Of a stretch of DNA of 64,000 nucleotides, positions 26,965 through 42,711 are shown one piece after another. Source of the stretch: the human T2T-CHM13v2.0 reference genome, Homo sapiens; the NCBI RefSeq assembly GCF_009914755.1, contig NC_060940.1. One strand, given 5' to 3'. The number at the start of each line of letters is the position of its first letter. The first letter of the stretch is position 1. Below the pieces are notes generated by a model. That model made no database searches. It was not told where the DNA came from and worked only from the letters and a program-made list of their open reading frames with translations. The translations under genes and the position numbers were made by a program.

Positions 26965-27490
26965 TGCTTAAAAAGTGATTTTAATCTTGGGCTTTGTAAA
27001 GAGAAGTAGATTATTCAGAACAAGAAATGTGGCACTTCTGTTCTACTCTGCACTGTGTAGGCTGCTCCTGAAATACTTCATTCAGGTTTGGGATTCTGGG
27101 AACTTATATATTTGAACAGTCCAGAAGTGAGAGAAACAGATGCCGAAGGGGATTGAAAATCATGAAAACTATGAGGCATTGTTGAAGGAGCTGGAGCAGT
27201 ACCTGAGAACTCTATTCAAAAATATGAATAACTCTCATGCTTGTAATCAGAGTGTCCATATGGCCTAGAAGAAAGAGACAAGGGCCCATGGGTGGATTTT
27301 GAATGGAGACAAATGATGGCTTTCTGTTTGGAGAACAGTTTTGACTAAACGTCCTGAACTGTGATATAGGCCTTGCCCCATACTGAAAGAACATTCTAGA
27401 AGCCACTATTTTGTGGGAGTGGAATGGACGAACCTGGAAGATTGTGAGGTTTCTGCCACTGGAATTGCTCAAATATAGACTGGCTGGCCG
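26965..27490 (+). mobile_element. L3/CR1 LINE fragment
   Basis: aatcttgggctttgtaaagagaag...tctactctgcactg...tatgaggcattgttgaaggagctgg. Confidence 0.65.
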
Positions 27491-27554
27491 CAAGGTGCTG
27501 ATATTCAAGAACCATCAGGGATCAGCCTCGTGCTGGTACTAGCTTCATATTTAA

Positions 27555-27745
27555 CTGGCATTTATTTAAAAAGATACTGTGTGCCTAGAATTGTGCTGGA
27601 CTATTTCACAAATGCTGACTCATATATGCCACAACACAGCTTCATAAGGTAAATACATGCTTTTGTAATCCTGTCTTGCAAGGGAGGAAAGTGAGGCTTA
27701 GCAAAGTTAAGGGACTTATTTAAAATGGCATACCTGGTAAGTGAT
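27555..27745 (-). mobile_element. MIR
   Basis: tactgtgtgcc...gaggaaagtgaggcttagcaaagttaagggactt...ctggtaagtg. Confidence 0.7.
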
Positions 27746-29084
27746 CCTTCCCACATCCTTGTAAGTGATCCTTTCCAGGTCCTTCTTTTTTTAACTTCAC
27801 AATTTTATGTCACTTTTTAAGAATGACACTTAAAGGCCCTTCCAGGGCTTATGTTCTCTAATTTTACCGCACTGGGCTTGACACTGAACATAGCCTGCAC
27901 ACTTAGAAACCTAACCACAGTGTCAGTCCCTTTCCACAGCTGAACAAAAAGACAAGGGTCCTCAAATTGGGTCATTTCTAATTACCCAATGTAGCTAAGA
28001 TTGCACAGAATAAAGCAGGGGGTGACAGTGGCTGACTATTTGCGATATAGTTTTCTAATTTAATATTTTATTTATACTTCTAATAGGTGAAAGTACTAGA
28101 GTTGGCAACTAGAGAGGTTATGACTCAAGTCATTGAAGGGGAAACCTGGAAAAATCACAATCAAAACTTTATTATGCTCATAATTAGGCTAAAAATAAGA
28201 GCATATGGCAGCTAAGGGAAAACATAAGCCACAGATATTGGATCTCTGGTAGACAAAGTTGAAGAGGAATGAATGCGTGGAGTAATATTGTAGGTGAAGA
28301 CAGGAAAGAAATGGATGGAGTTAATAACTTAATGCATCTGGAAAAGTGGGAGCGCTGTTCAATGATAAATCGAAGTAGAAGTAGAAGAGAATAAATGAAT
28401 AAATAAAGCAAAGAATAAATGGCCAGTAATGCAAGACACTAAAATCCTAAGCTGTCATCAAAGATATAAAAATGCAGGAATGGATGTGTAAAAAATAAAA
28501 AGGCAAGAATGAAATGCATCTGGCAAAAATGAGGATAAGTAATGTTTCAAAACCTTGTAAGAAATCTCTAATTGGTGAAAAGCATGTAGCTCATAAAACC
28601 CTGATGAAATTAGAGTGACAGTAGGGTAGCCCCAAAGGCAGGGATTAGACAGACATTTAAAGCAACCTGAGATATTGCCATCATATAGTAGAAAAAGAAG
28701 AAGAGAGATGTTATATTCCAGATTCCAGGGATTTTTTTTTCTTCTTACAGGATGAATGTCAAATGATGTGAAGAAGAGTGAGCAGGCATAGTTAAAAGAG
28801 CATAGATGAATTTTGGGATCATACCATTGGGCATTAGGATATAAAAGTTATGAAACAAAGTGTGCCCTTTGCCAATTTTTCTAACCTTTATATCCTCAGT
28901 ATTTTCTTTGTTGTGTGGAAATACTAATGCCAACTATACGGTACTGTTATGAGCATCGGATATAAAAAATGTGTGTAAATGACCTGCCAAACAGCTCCCT
29001 ACATGGAAGCTATTCCAATTTCAAAGTAGGGTGGCATCGTGGAAAGAGCTATTACAGAAATGAACTAGGAGGGAGGGAAGGAAA

Positions 29085-29280
29085 TTAACCTTGACTGAGC
29101 CCTGGCAGTGTTCTGGGCACATACGCACATTAATTCTTTCAATCCTCACAACAACCCTATGAGAGTGACACTAATTTCCCCCAAACGGAGGTACAGAAGG
29201 CTTAAATTAAATGTCTTGGGTCTTGCCACTAATGATTGATAAATCTGGAAATCAAAGCCCAGTTTTTGCATTACACCAGT
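29085..29280 (-). mobile_element. MIR
   Basis: ttcaatcctcacaacaaccctatgag...ctggaaatcaaagcccag. Confidence 0.7.
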
Positions 29281-31064
29281 CGATTAAAATACGTGGGCCA
29301 TCTTAATTTGCCCAGTTCAGATGCCTGAAAGCTATGACCTTATTCTTACCATTTAGAGTCTTGGGTTCTCTATCATATTCAAAGAATTTGCTTTTACAGT
29401 TTTGTTTTCACCTCCAATCCACAGGGCAGAGAAAAGACCCTCAAGACATGGGATATCTTAGGAGTTCATGAAGTTCAAAAATTATTCCAGCTCGTTTCTC
29501 CAGCCCTCCATCCCAGTAAATATGCCATGGAGCAGGAGACACAAGGAGAAATTACAGACTCCAAAAGCCACTGGCAGCAAAGGAGGGAAGCAAAGAACTA
29601 GTAGCATGCCTGAGGGGATGCTTAGGCTCTGTCTTTCTATCAGTTCAGCCAGTGGATCTTTAATCTAGTTTGAAAACTTCAGCCCCAGATGGACGTGGGC
29701 AGCCTTTAGAAATGTATTCTCAGCAAGGGAGGTGTCAGGATGGATTCATAAGAGGTATTTCATGCCTCACAAATCACCTTGAATATTTCATGTACATTAA
29801 AAAATTAGTAGACAAAACCGGAGCAGTGGTGTATAATTTACATAATTTCCAAGATGTTTTTGATACAGAGCAGGGCAGAAGATTTATCTGTGGGCACATT
29901 AAGCTGCACTTGGAACAAAATGCACTGGCTCTGCATTAGTGTCCATCAGAGAGGGTAGCAAAGAGCTACGTCGTGTTGAAGCAGTAAATATGGGCATAGC
30001 AAAGAGAAATATTAGCTTCATTTTTCTTTATCTTCTGCAGAGAGGACTGGTGAGTTTCTGCTCTCTGAAGGATGAGATAGCATTGCCCGCGTATGAATGA
30101 GTTTAAAAGGCATAAACAAGGGAGTCTGATGGCCTAATTTGGAAGGGTCCAGCGGGAATCTGCCTCCTTGCAGATAATGAGATCGTATTTGGAGTAGATA
30201 TGCCACCAAGGGAGAAAATGAATTTAATAGAAATATCACTGCTATTTACAACTAAAGAAACATTGGCAAAATATGCTGAAAAGAGAATGAATTCATGGTC
30301 TGGGACCTTTTTTATGTTTGGAAAAGCACTTAGTATGTGACCCTCATCCTGTGGATAAATGTAATATGAATTTATAGTAATTCAAACCTCTGAGTTATAT
30401 TTAGCTAGGATCGAAAGAGTTTGAAAATTCAGCCTTGAGCTACATTTACTGGCTGAAGAATCAGTGTCTTGCATTTACTTTCTACCTTTCTAGGTTCTAA
30501 AATTCTCAGTATTTGGCTCCAGTCTGTTGGGGTTTTTTTTTTAACTGATGATGTGTCCCCAGTTGACGATACAAGGACACTCATTTGTGTGCAGCTCAGA
30601 ACAATGACTGTGTCTTGATCGACGATGAAAAGAAGCATTTCTTCTGCTAATGGGAAATCACACAAAGATGTAGAATTTTTTTTTTTCTTTTTCTTGGTCC
30701 TTTGGCTTTCTTGCATATGGGGGTATGTTTCCTTAGAGACTTCATGATGGTAATGAATTCAGAGTTTATTGACATACATTTATAGAACACATAGATTAAT
30801 TTCTACAAATAAACACTAAAGTTAGTGTATTTACGGGGCAGTCCTGGACTGGAAATTGCGTGTGCCCTCAACTCTGTGTAAGCTGGTCTCCCTTGAATCT
30901 AGCTGCTTTGGAAAATTTTGGGATTGGAACATATAGTAACTAGTTTTTTTCTTATGACTATAAAAAGTAGAAGAAGGAGAAACAGTGAACTAGAAAGGGG
31001 AGTACAATAGGAAATGCAAATAACCATGGTCCTTCTGGTTAGATAACCATGACAATGGTTTATG

Positions 31065-31250
31065 TTTTTTAGTTACCCACCTACCTTGGGCACATTTGCA
31101 GGTTGCTTCATTTGAGTCACCCAACGTATGGGTGACATTTACCTCCATTTTTCAGATTAGCAAACTGATTGTTGGAGAGTTTTAATGACTTCTCAGGTCA
31201 TACAGTCTTTGAATTGGAGAATTAGGTTCTGCACCTAGGATTGACTAGCC
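31065..31250 (-). mobile_element. MIR
   Basis: ctccatttttcagattagcaaactga...tgacttctcaggtcatacag. Confidence 0.6.
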
Positions 31251-34200
31251 ACATGTCCAGGATGCTAAGTGAAGCTCAGAGGCCTGGGAGAAGTAGAACT
31301 CTAGGCAAAGCCACAACCAGTCAGGGAGGCTTGAGACTTGCCCCTTCCTTCCAGGTACCTGATTTCCTCTTTCTTCCCTAGTGAGAACCCAGGCTCTTTT
31401 TATGGATGTGGGAAATAAAATGAGATGAATGAGCCTGAGATTTAAATTGTTATAAAACTATTAAAGAGAAATCTGTCTTAAGTTATCACCTAAGGGGCCA
31501 GTAAAAATTGGTCGTCATAGAGGTGGATTTTTAAATAAAGGTTGAACAAAATTACACTCAGATCCTTAGGGATGCTTCTAAATAATATTTTAAAACAGGG
31601 GGTTACACAGTGAGGTGACCTTCCTGTCATACTGCCTGTATTATACCAAGATATCCTATGCCCAGCAAGGCTCAAAGAATGCACATTCTCTCTTAGGAAA
31701 CTTCAGTGTCCCCTGGATCTTTTATTATCTTGCCCAGAGCAACACTCTGATCTTGGGGAGAGCGAGAGTCAAGACTTCCTTCAAAACTGGGGATTCACCT
31801 GAAATTTCCACCCTTGAAAATCCCTTTGAAGAATATTTTATTTCTGCAAATGCATCTCCATTCCTAACCCTCCCACCTCCACTATATCACTGCTTTGCTT
31901 GAAAACCAATGATGCTTACCCTGCTTTCATGGTGCATTATCAAATCTACCAACATCATTTCTCCACTTTCCTGGTATGTTCTATTGGCCCCTGTGTACAA
32001 CCATGAGTGCACACCTAAAGAGCACTGCAACAATCACCTCGTATGTTGAGATTTTCTAAACCCAGTGCAACAGAGATATGTTTTTGCTCTTTTATGCCCT
32101 GAGCTCACCTTACCATCAACTCAACTTGCAGATTTGTGTTTGGGTGTGGCTGAGTCTACGTGTTTGGGAGAATTTTAAGGGCAAAATTTAAGCCAGTCTT
32201 TACTGGCTGGAGCATCACTTCCCCCAAGCTTAGAAGAGTATTTGACCTGCTGGATGGAGACAGTGAATGTTTATTGAATTAAGGAATGCAAAGTGAATGA
32301 ATGCGTGAGTGGAAGGCTTGTTCTAGAAAGACAGATGGAAGCTTCTCTATTCCCAACGTACAGCTGGTCATTGTCATGTCTTCTTCCTCTCTCTTACACT
32401 TCTCTGACTGTTCAAATCTCCCCTGCCCATCAAGACCAAATCTACAGTGTGTTTCCTTTCTGAACACATTCCCTTATAGCTCATTAACCTTATAGGTGTT
32501 TAGTCAATGAGTCAACATTTGTGGATTGTTCAGTGGGTGTTGAAATTGATGGGAAAGAGAATGAGCTTCAGGGAGGTTTGCATCTGAGTGACTACATTTA
32601 AGTGGAAAGACCTTTTCTTTCTTGACTTCATTTTCAGCCATCCTGAGCAAAGTGAAAAGTGGTAGACAATGAGAATTTAATGATTTTAATAAGGAGGTGC
32701 AGGTTGGTGAAAATCACCTCCCAGGTATTAGAATTGGGCCACAATAGGTGGGTTCTAGGGAACTCAATGACAGATGTTTTTGCCTCCTGAAGGGGATGGG
32801 GAAATAAGCCCATCTGCCCATTTCAGAGGGTGCCTGTACTTAGGTATGCATGAGATTTACCTGAAAGGTGAAATTTAGACCCTCAGAGAGAAAAGGCAGC
32901 CACGGAGATGAGCCTATAATCTGCCATTATTCTCCTGGAGGTAGATACTTCACGTATCCGAGAGCTCAGGTCTGCTGAAAACCACTTTGAAAAGGATTCA
33001 GTCTAGATATGCAAAGATGAATAAGACTCACTGCATCATTCTGTCCACACCTGCCTAAGAAGGACATTGCTTCTAGGTTTCAGGCAGGATAATTGATCTT
33101 AGTCCTGAAACCACATTATATCAGGATAGGGCTTTTGTCAGAAGTTCTTTAAGACCATGATTTCATTAAGCTTTCTTATACCTTGTAATAGAGAAACATC
33201 TTGCTTCCTTTACAGATGGGCAAAATGAGGCTTAGAAAAACGTGATGCTTCTGCAGAGGAAGTAGGGGGTGGGAGTTTATAGTGCATCCTCATTCCTAGC
33301 TTACCTGGCAACACAAGCTCAGCTTCTCTCCCTGAATCGTTTAAAAATCTCCACAATCAGCCAAAAGATTTATATTTTCTTATTACCTTAGCAGCTTCTT
33401 CCGAATAAATCTTTTTTTCCCAGCACAAGGAATGAATTTAAAGGAATATACTAAATTTCTAAAAAATGGGCTTGCAAAGCAAGATTCTGCTTTGACCCTA
33501 ATATCTCCCTTAGATTCCCTCCTGCACACATACACCCTTATCAAACATGATTCACCTTCTCTGGGAACAGGCTGAGATTGGAGTCATGGCCAAAGGCAGG
33601 AATGGAGGTGTGGGCATTTTCATAGTATATAATGAGCAAATGAATGATGACTATGAGGAATTTTGGGTGTCAGACCACCAGTTACCAATAGTTTTCAAAG
33701 AGTAGAAGAATTTGAGGAGAAGGTGATTTTTAATATAATTACATGCAGAAATATGTTTTGAGGAATGAATTTTTAAAATTGCGGTCATTGATGTTTTTGC
33801 ATTTCTCTTCCATTAGAGAGAATAAAAACAATCTAATTAAAATTATAGCCTCATGCTAGATCATCTTATTAGCTCCATGAGATTTCATACATAGGCTCAC
33901 TGAACATCTGGAATTCCAGAACATCATCCATTGCCAACTTTAAAATAGATACCTAAATACATATAGATACATGCATATGATGGGCACACACTGCTTTTTT
34001 TAAAAGTTGGAATACATTTTTTACATGAACTTGATCTCAAAGGAATGACATAGAAAAGCTAAAATGGTAAGCTTCTTGATTCAAAATCACATCCAATTCA
34101 CATGAAAAATAACTTATTTGAAAAAATGCACGGTTTTTTTTCTCCTGATGAGAGTGCACAATCACTTTGAGAAATTTGGGAATAGCGGCAAAAAGTAAAG

Positions 34201-35089
34201 AAAACATAAAGCACACATAATCTCACCCCTCAGAAGTAGCTGTTCATAGTTTCATAAACTCTGTCTTTCTTTCTTGAATTTATCATATTTTTTCACCTAT
34301 AAGGTATCATACTACCCATGGCACTTACATTGTCCTGTTCTTGTTCATATTCACTGATACCCATCTTCCACATTGATAAAAATATTAATAAACATTTTAA
34401 ATGGCAAGTCAATTTTATTATATAGTTACCTTTATTTCTTTATGTTGTGAATGTAGGTTCTTTGAATGCATTTCTTTCTGAAGGAAAGCTGTAAGAAAAT
34501 TGAGTTGGAATTTAATTTGGAAGAAGAGTATATGACATTATAGAATGTTAAAACTAAAAGTAATTTAGAAGCTCATGTTCAGCCACCTCGTCTTATTTAG
34601 AGATATGTAAATACTCTCTGAGAGAAGAAAGATTTTTTTCTAGGGTTACAGTGTCAATGAACAATGAAGGGAGGACTGGAACTGAGACCCCAGTGATCTT
34701 CCCAGCTCCTTATCCTTCCTCTGGAAAGCATTTTCCTTCCAGAAGGATGATGTTCTGGTCCACCCTTTGAGAGGGATTGCTTATGAAATCAGCACCTGTG
34801 CCCCCACAGGAAATAAAGATAGGACTAGATGGTGAGCCAATATAGGAAAGAACACCTGTTGTTATTTCAGGTTTAAACAAGGTCTTCTGCCAAACCAAAT
34901 CAGGGTAATGTGCTGAGAACACCTGGAAGAATGGTCTTCAAAAATTTCAGATGCCAACATAAGAAAGACTGCCAATGATATCATGTTCTGGGACACTCCC
35001 TCCCCACAATTCTCACATGCTCCATACCAAAGTGCCCTTATTATAATGTTCAAGAAAGGAACATACTTAGCAATCTTATAACCTTTGCC

Positions 35090-35091
<2 letters not shown>

Positions 35092-35121
<30 letters not shown>
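35092..35121 (+). repeat. Imperfect (TG)n microsatellite
   Basis: atgtgtgtgtgtgtgtttgtgtgtgtgtgt. Confidence 0.9.
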
Positions 35122-35924
35122 TTCCACTGCATCCTTAAAATTAGGTAAGCAGTTGAAGGGAAAGCATTCTATCCTATTGGTGCTATGGAACCAGGGAAGA
35201 TATAGCAGAGGGTCGAACTTGGGCAGGGGTGGGGAGAACTCATTTCACCCAGATGTTTGGGACAGGCGAAGACTAAGATTTTTTATTCCTAGATGGTACA
35301 AGTAGAAGGAACATCAGAGCAATAATTTTGCTTTTTTATTAAAATTAATTTCTGAGCAACCAAGAAAGAGACAGAATGGGGCAAAGTTAGAGAAAGAGAG
35401 AAGGATAGTTTAGAAAAAGCAAATAACAAAAGAGAAATGAATGGGGGAAATAAGTGAAAAAGAATACATACTTAAATGCTGATAATGCTAATAAATATGT
35501 CAATTATATGTGCAGAAGAATGCTAGTTCTTGTGGTCATTTTTCTGCAGGGCTTACTGAAAGGAAGCAATTTGGGGAGCTTACCCTAATACCAACCCTGT
35601 CCTCCTTGATTAAACAAGAAGATAGAATTCAGGTTTGGGGGAAGTTCAGTGTTCTCAGAAAGATGTTATTCTATCCCTTTTTGTGGAGGAAGGGAGAGGG
35701 TCTTCTCCTTGGGCCACAGAAAAGAAGATGGGGTGGGGCCAAGAAAATAGTCCATAAATACTGGGCAGACCACCAAAAATGTCTCCATATTGAAGCCTTA
35801 GGTGACCTGTTTACCTGCCCTTTAATTACCAGGGCAGGAAGCTAGACACAGGGTAGACGGTATGCTGATACTTTCAAGTAGATGAGTGCAGCTAAAGCAT
35901 ACTCTTTATCTTTCCACCTCAAAC

Positions 35925-36362
35925 CTTGCTTTCTGTTCCCTGTGACCTTATGCTCTACTGGCCTAAAGGTCTTAGTTCCAAAGGGAGGAGTGCTTCCACC
36001 AGGACCCAACAATGATTCCATTAAACAGGAAGTTAAGGCAGCCACCAGGTCACTTTGGGCTCCCCTGTGCTGTGCTGACTGGGGTGACTGCTTATGACCA
36101 CCAAGGAGAAATGGAAGCACTTCTGCCCAATGGAGGTAGGAAGAATATGTCTGGAATACAAGAAATCCTTTAGGGTGATTAAGGTCATGCCCTGTGATTA
36201 AGGTCAATGAAAAACTACAACAATTCAATCCTACTAATGACTCAGACTCATCAGGAATGAAGGTTTGGATCACCCCACCAGGCAAAGAACCACAATCAAC
36301 TAAGGTACTTGCTGAAGGCAAAGGAAATACAGAACAGGTAGTGAAAGAAGGTAGCTATAAAT
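35925..36362 (+). pseudogene. ERVL (HERV-L/ERVL-B4-like) internal fragment: frameshifted dUTPase and pol C-terminal region
   Basis: Translated pieces TLCSTGLKVLVPKGGVLPPG and VIKVNEKLQQFNP...SGMKVWITPPGKEPQSTKVLAEGKGNTEQVVKEGSY resemble ERVL dUTPase and downstream sequence. Confidence 0.85.
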
Positions 36363-36402
36363 CTCATTATATCATACCAGTATACTATTAAGTACTATAA
36401 AT

Positions 36403-36667
36403 AGTAGTAGTCAGGATTCACCAAAGAGACAAAATCACTGGAATGTATACATATATAAAAATAGATTAATTATAAGGAATCAGCTGCTCTCTTCAGGCCT
36501 CAAATAGATTGGATGAAGTCCACTCACATTAGGGAGGGCAATATGCTTTACTCAGTCGACCAATTTAAATGTTAATCTCACCCAGAGACATCCTCAGAGA
36601 AATGTTTCACCAAGTACCTGGGCATCCCATGGTCCAGTCAAATTGACACATAAAATTCACCATCACA
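36403..36667 (-). mobile_element. MLT2-family (ERVL) LTR with internal deletion
   Basis: tagtcaggattc...gattggatgaagtccactcacattagggagggcaat...gtcaaattgacacataaaattcaccatcaca, the reverse complement of an MLT2 TG...CA LTR. Confidence 0.85.
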
Positions 36668-36930
36668 GTAGAGAACCTGACACATAAATAGAATGGTAAA
36701 ATGGCAGATATTATTTATTCTTATTACTTTTAATATTTTAGATCACCTTATTTTGCCTCATAGTTTCATTCATGAAAATGCAAGCATTAATAAATACATT
36801 CTAAAGGATAATGAAGGATAGAGATAGTTTTAATAATACCTGAACTGCAACCTAGAGTTGGGCTAGATTGAGTTTTGCAGGTTGCAACCTTGAATGCTTA
36901 AGCTTTGTGTTTATTAAAATATAATACACA

Positions 36931-37813
36931 AAGATGGCCAAATAGGAAGAGCTCCGGTCTACAGCTCCCAGAGTGAGCAACTCAGAAGACGGGCGATTTC
37001 TGCATTTCCATCTGAGGTACCGGGTTCATCTCACTAGGGAGTGCCAGACAGTGGGCGCAGGTCAGTGGGTGCGCACGCCGAAGCAGGGCGAGGCACTGCC
37101 TCACTCGGGAAGCACAAGGGGTCAGGAAGTTCCCTTTCCTAGTCAAAGATAGGGGTGACAGACAGCACCTGGAAAATCGGGTCACTCCCACCCCAATACT
37201 GTGCTTTTCCAACGGGCTTAAAAATGGCGCACCAGGAGATTATATCCCGCACCTGGCTTGGAGGGTCCTATGCCCACAGAGTCTTGCTGATTGCTAGCAC
37301 AGCAATCTGAGATCAAACTGCAAGGGGGCAGTGAGGCTGGGGGAGGGGCGCCCACCATTGCCCAGGCTTGCTTAGGTAAACAAAGCAGCCAGGAAGCTCG
37401 AACTGGGTGGAGCCCACCACAGCTCAAGGAGGCCTGCCTGCCTCTGTAGGCTCCACCTCTGGGGGCAGGGCACAGACAAACAAAAAGACAGCAGTAACCT
37501 CTGCAGACTTAAATGTCCCTGTCTGACAGCTTTGAAGAGAGCAGTGGTTCTCCCAGCACACAGCTGGAGATCTGAGAACAGGCAGACTGCCTCTTCAAGT
37601 GGGTCCCTGACCCCTGACCCCTGAGCAGCCTAACTGGGAGGCACCCCCCAGCAGGGGCACACTGACACCTCACACGGCCGGGTACTCCAACAGACCTGCA
37701 GCTGAGGGTCCTGTCTGTTAGAAGGAAAACTAACAAACAGCAAGGACATCCACACCTAAAACCCATCTGTACATCACCATCATCAAAGACCAAAAGTAGA
37801 TAAAACCACAAAG
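36931..37813 (+). promoter_or_regulatory. L1 5' UTR (internal sense promoter and antisense promoter region)
   Basis: YY1 core aagatggcc at 36931-36939; canonical primate L1 5' UTR sequence; many CpGs decayed. Confidence 0.85.
37218..37358 (-). pseudogene. L1 ORF0, truncated to 46 aa by a frameshift
   Basis: MVGAPPPASLPPCSLISDCCASNQQDSVGIGPSKPGAGYNLLVRHF*; the remainder (EKHSIGVGVTRFSR) lies in another frame. Confidence 0.8.
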
Positions 37814-38821
37814 ATGGGGAAAAAACAGAACAGAAAAACTGGAAACTCTAAAATGCAGAGTGCCTCTCCTCCTCCAAAGGAACTCAGTTCCTCACTAGCA
37901 ATGGAACAAAGCTGGACGGAGAATGACTTTGATGAGCTGAGAGAAGAAGTCTTCAGACGATCAAATTACTCCGAGCTACGGGAGGAAATTCAAACCAAAG
38001 GCAAAGAAGTTGAAAACTTTGAAAAAAGTTTAGAAGAATATATAACTAGAATAACCAATACAGAGAAGTGCTTAAAGGAGCTGATGGAGCTGAAAACCAA
38101 GGCTCGAGAACTACGTGAAGAATGCAGAAGCCTCAGGAGCAGATGCAATCAACTGGAAGAAAGGGTATCAGTGATGGAAGATGAAGTGAATGAAATGAAG
38201 CGAGAAGGGAAGTTTAGAGAAAAAAGAAGCAAACAAAGCCTCCAAGAAATATGGGACTATGTGAAAAGACCAAATCTACATCTCATTGGTGTACCTGAAA
38301 GTGATGGGGAGAATGGAACCAAGTTGGAAAACACTCTGCAGGATATTATCCAGGAGAACTTCCCCAATCTAGCAAGGCAGGCCAACGTTCAGATTCAGGA
38401 AATACAGAGAACGCCACAAAGATACTCCTCGAGAAGAGCAAATCCAAGACACATAATTGTCAGATTCACCAAAGTGGAAATGAAGGAAAAAATGTTAAGG
38501 GCAGCCAGAGAGAAAGGTCGGGTTACCCACAAAGGGAAGCCCATCAGACTAACAGCGGATCTCTCGGCAGAAACTCTACAAGCCAGAAGACAGTGGGGAC
38601 CAATATTCAACATTCTTAAAGAAAAGAATTTTCAACCCAGAATTTCATATCCAGCCAAACTAAGCTTCATAAGTGAAGGAGAAATAAAATACTTTACAGA
38701 CAAGCAAATGCTGAGAGATTTTGTCACCACAAGGCCTGCCCTAAAAGAGCTCCTGAAGGAAGCGCTAAACATGGAAAGGAGCAACCAATACCAGCTGCTG
38801 CAAAATCATGCCAAAATATAA
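37814..38821 (+). CDS. L1 ORF1p (RNA-binding chaperone), open frame of 335 aa
   Basis: MGKKQNRKTGNSK start, coiled coil, RRM and CTD; REKG, ARR and YPAKLS motifs intact; 3 aa shorter than the 338-aa canonical protein. Confidence 0.92.
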   Translation: MGKKQNRKTGNSKMQSASPPPKELSSSLAMEQSWTENDFDELREEVFRRSNYSELREEIQTKGKEVENFEKSLEEYITRITNTEKCLKELMELKTKARELREECRSLRSRCNQLEERVSVMEDEVNEMKREGKFREKRSKQSLQEIWDYVKRPNLHLIGVPESDGENGTKLENTLQDIIQENFPNLARQANVQIQEIQRTPQRYSSRRANPRHIIVRFTKVEMKEKMLRAAREKGRVTHKGKPIRLTADLSAETLQARRQWGPIFNILKEKNFQPRISYPAKLSFISEGEIKYFTDKQMLRDFVTTRPALKELLKEALNMERSNQYQLLQNHAKI

Positions 38822-38884
38822 AGACCATCGAGACTAGGAAGAAACCGCATGAACTAACGAGCAAAATAACCAGCTAACATCACA

Positions 38885-42711
<3,827 letters not shown>

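Noticed and set aside
35842-36321. 159-aa minus-strand ORF
   Set aside because: It is the antisense reading of the ERVL dUTPase fragment
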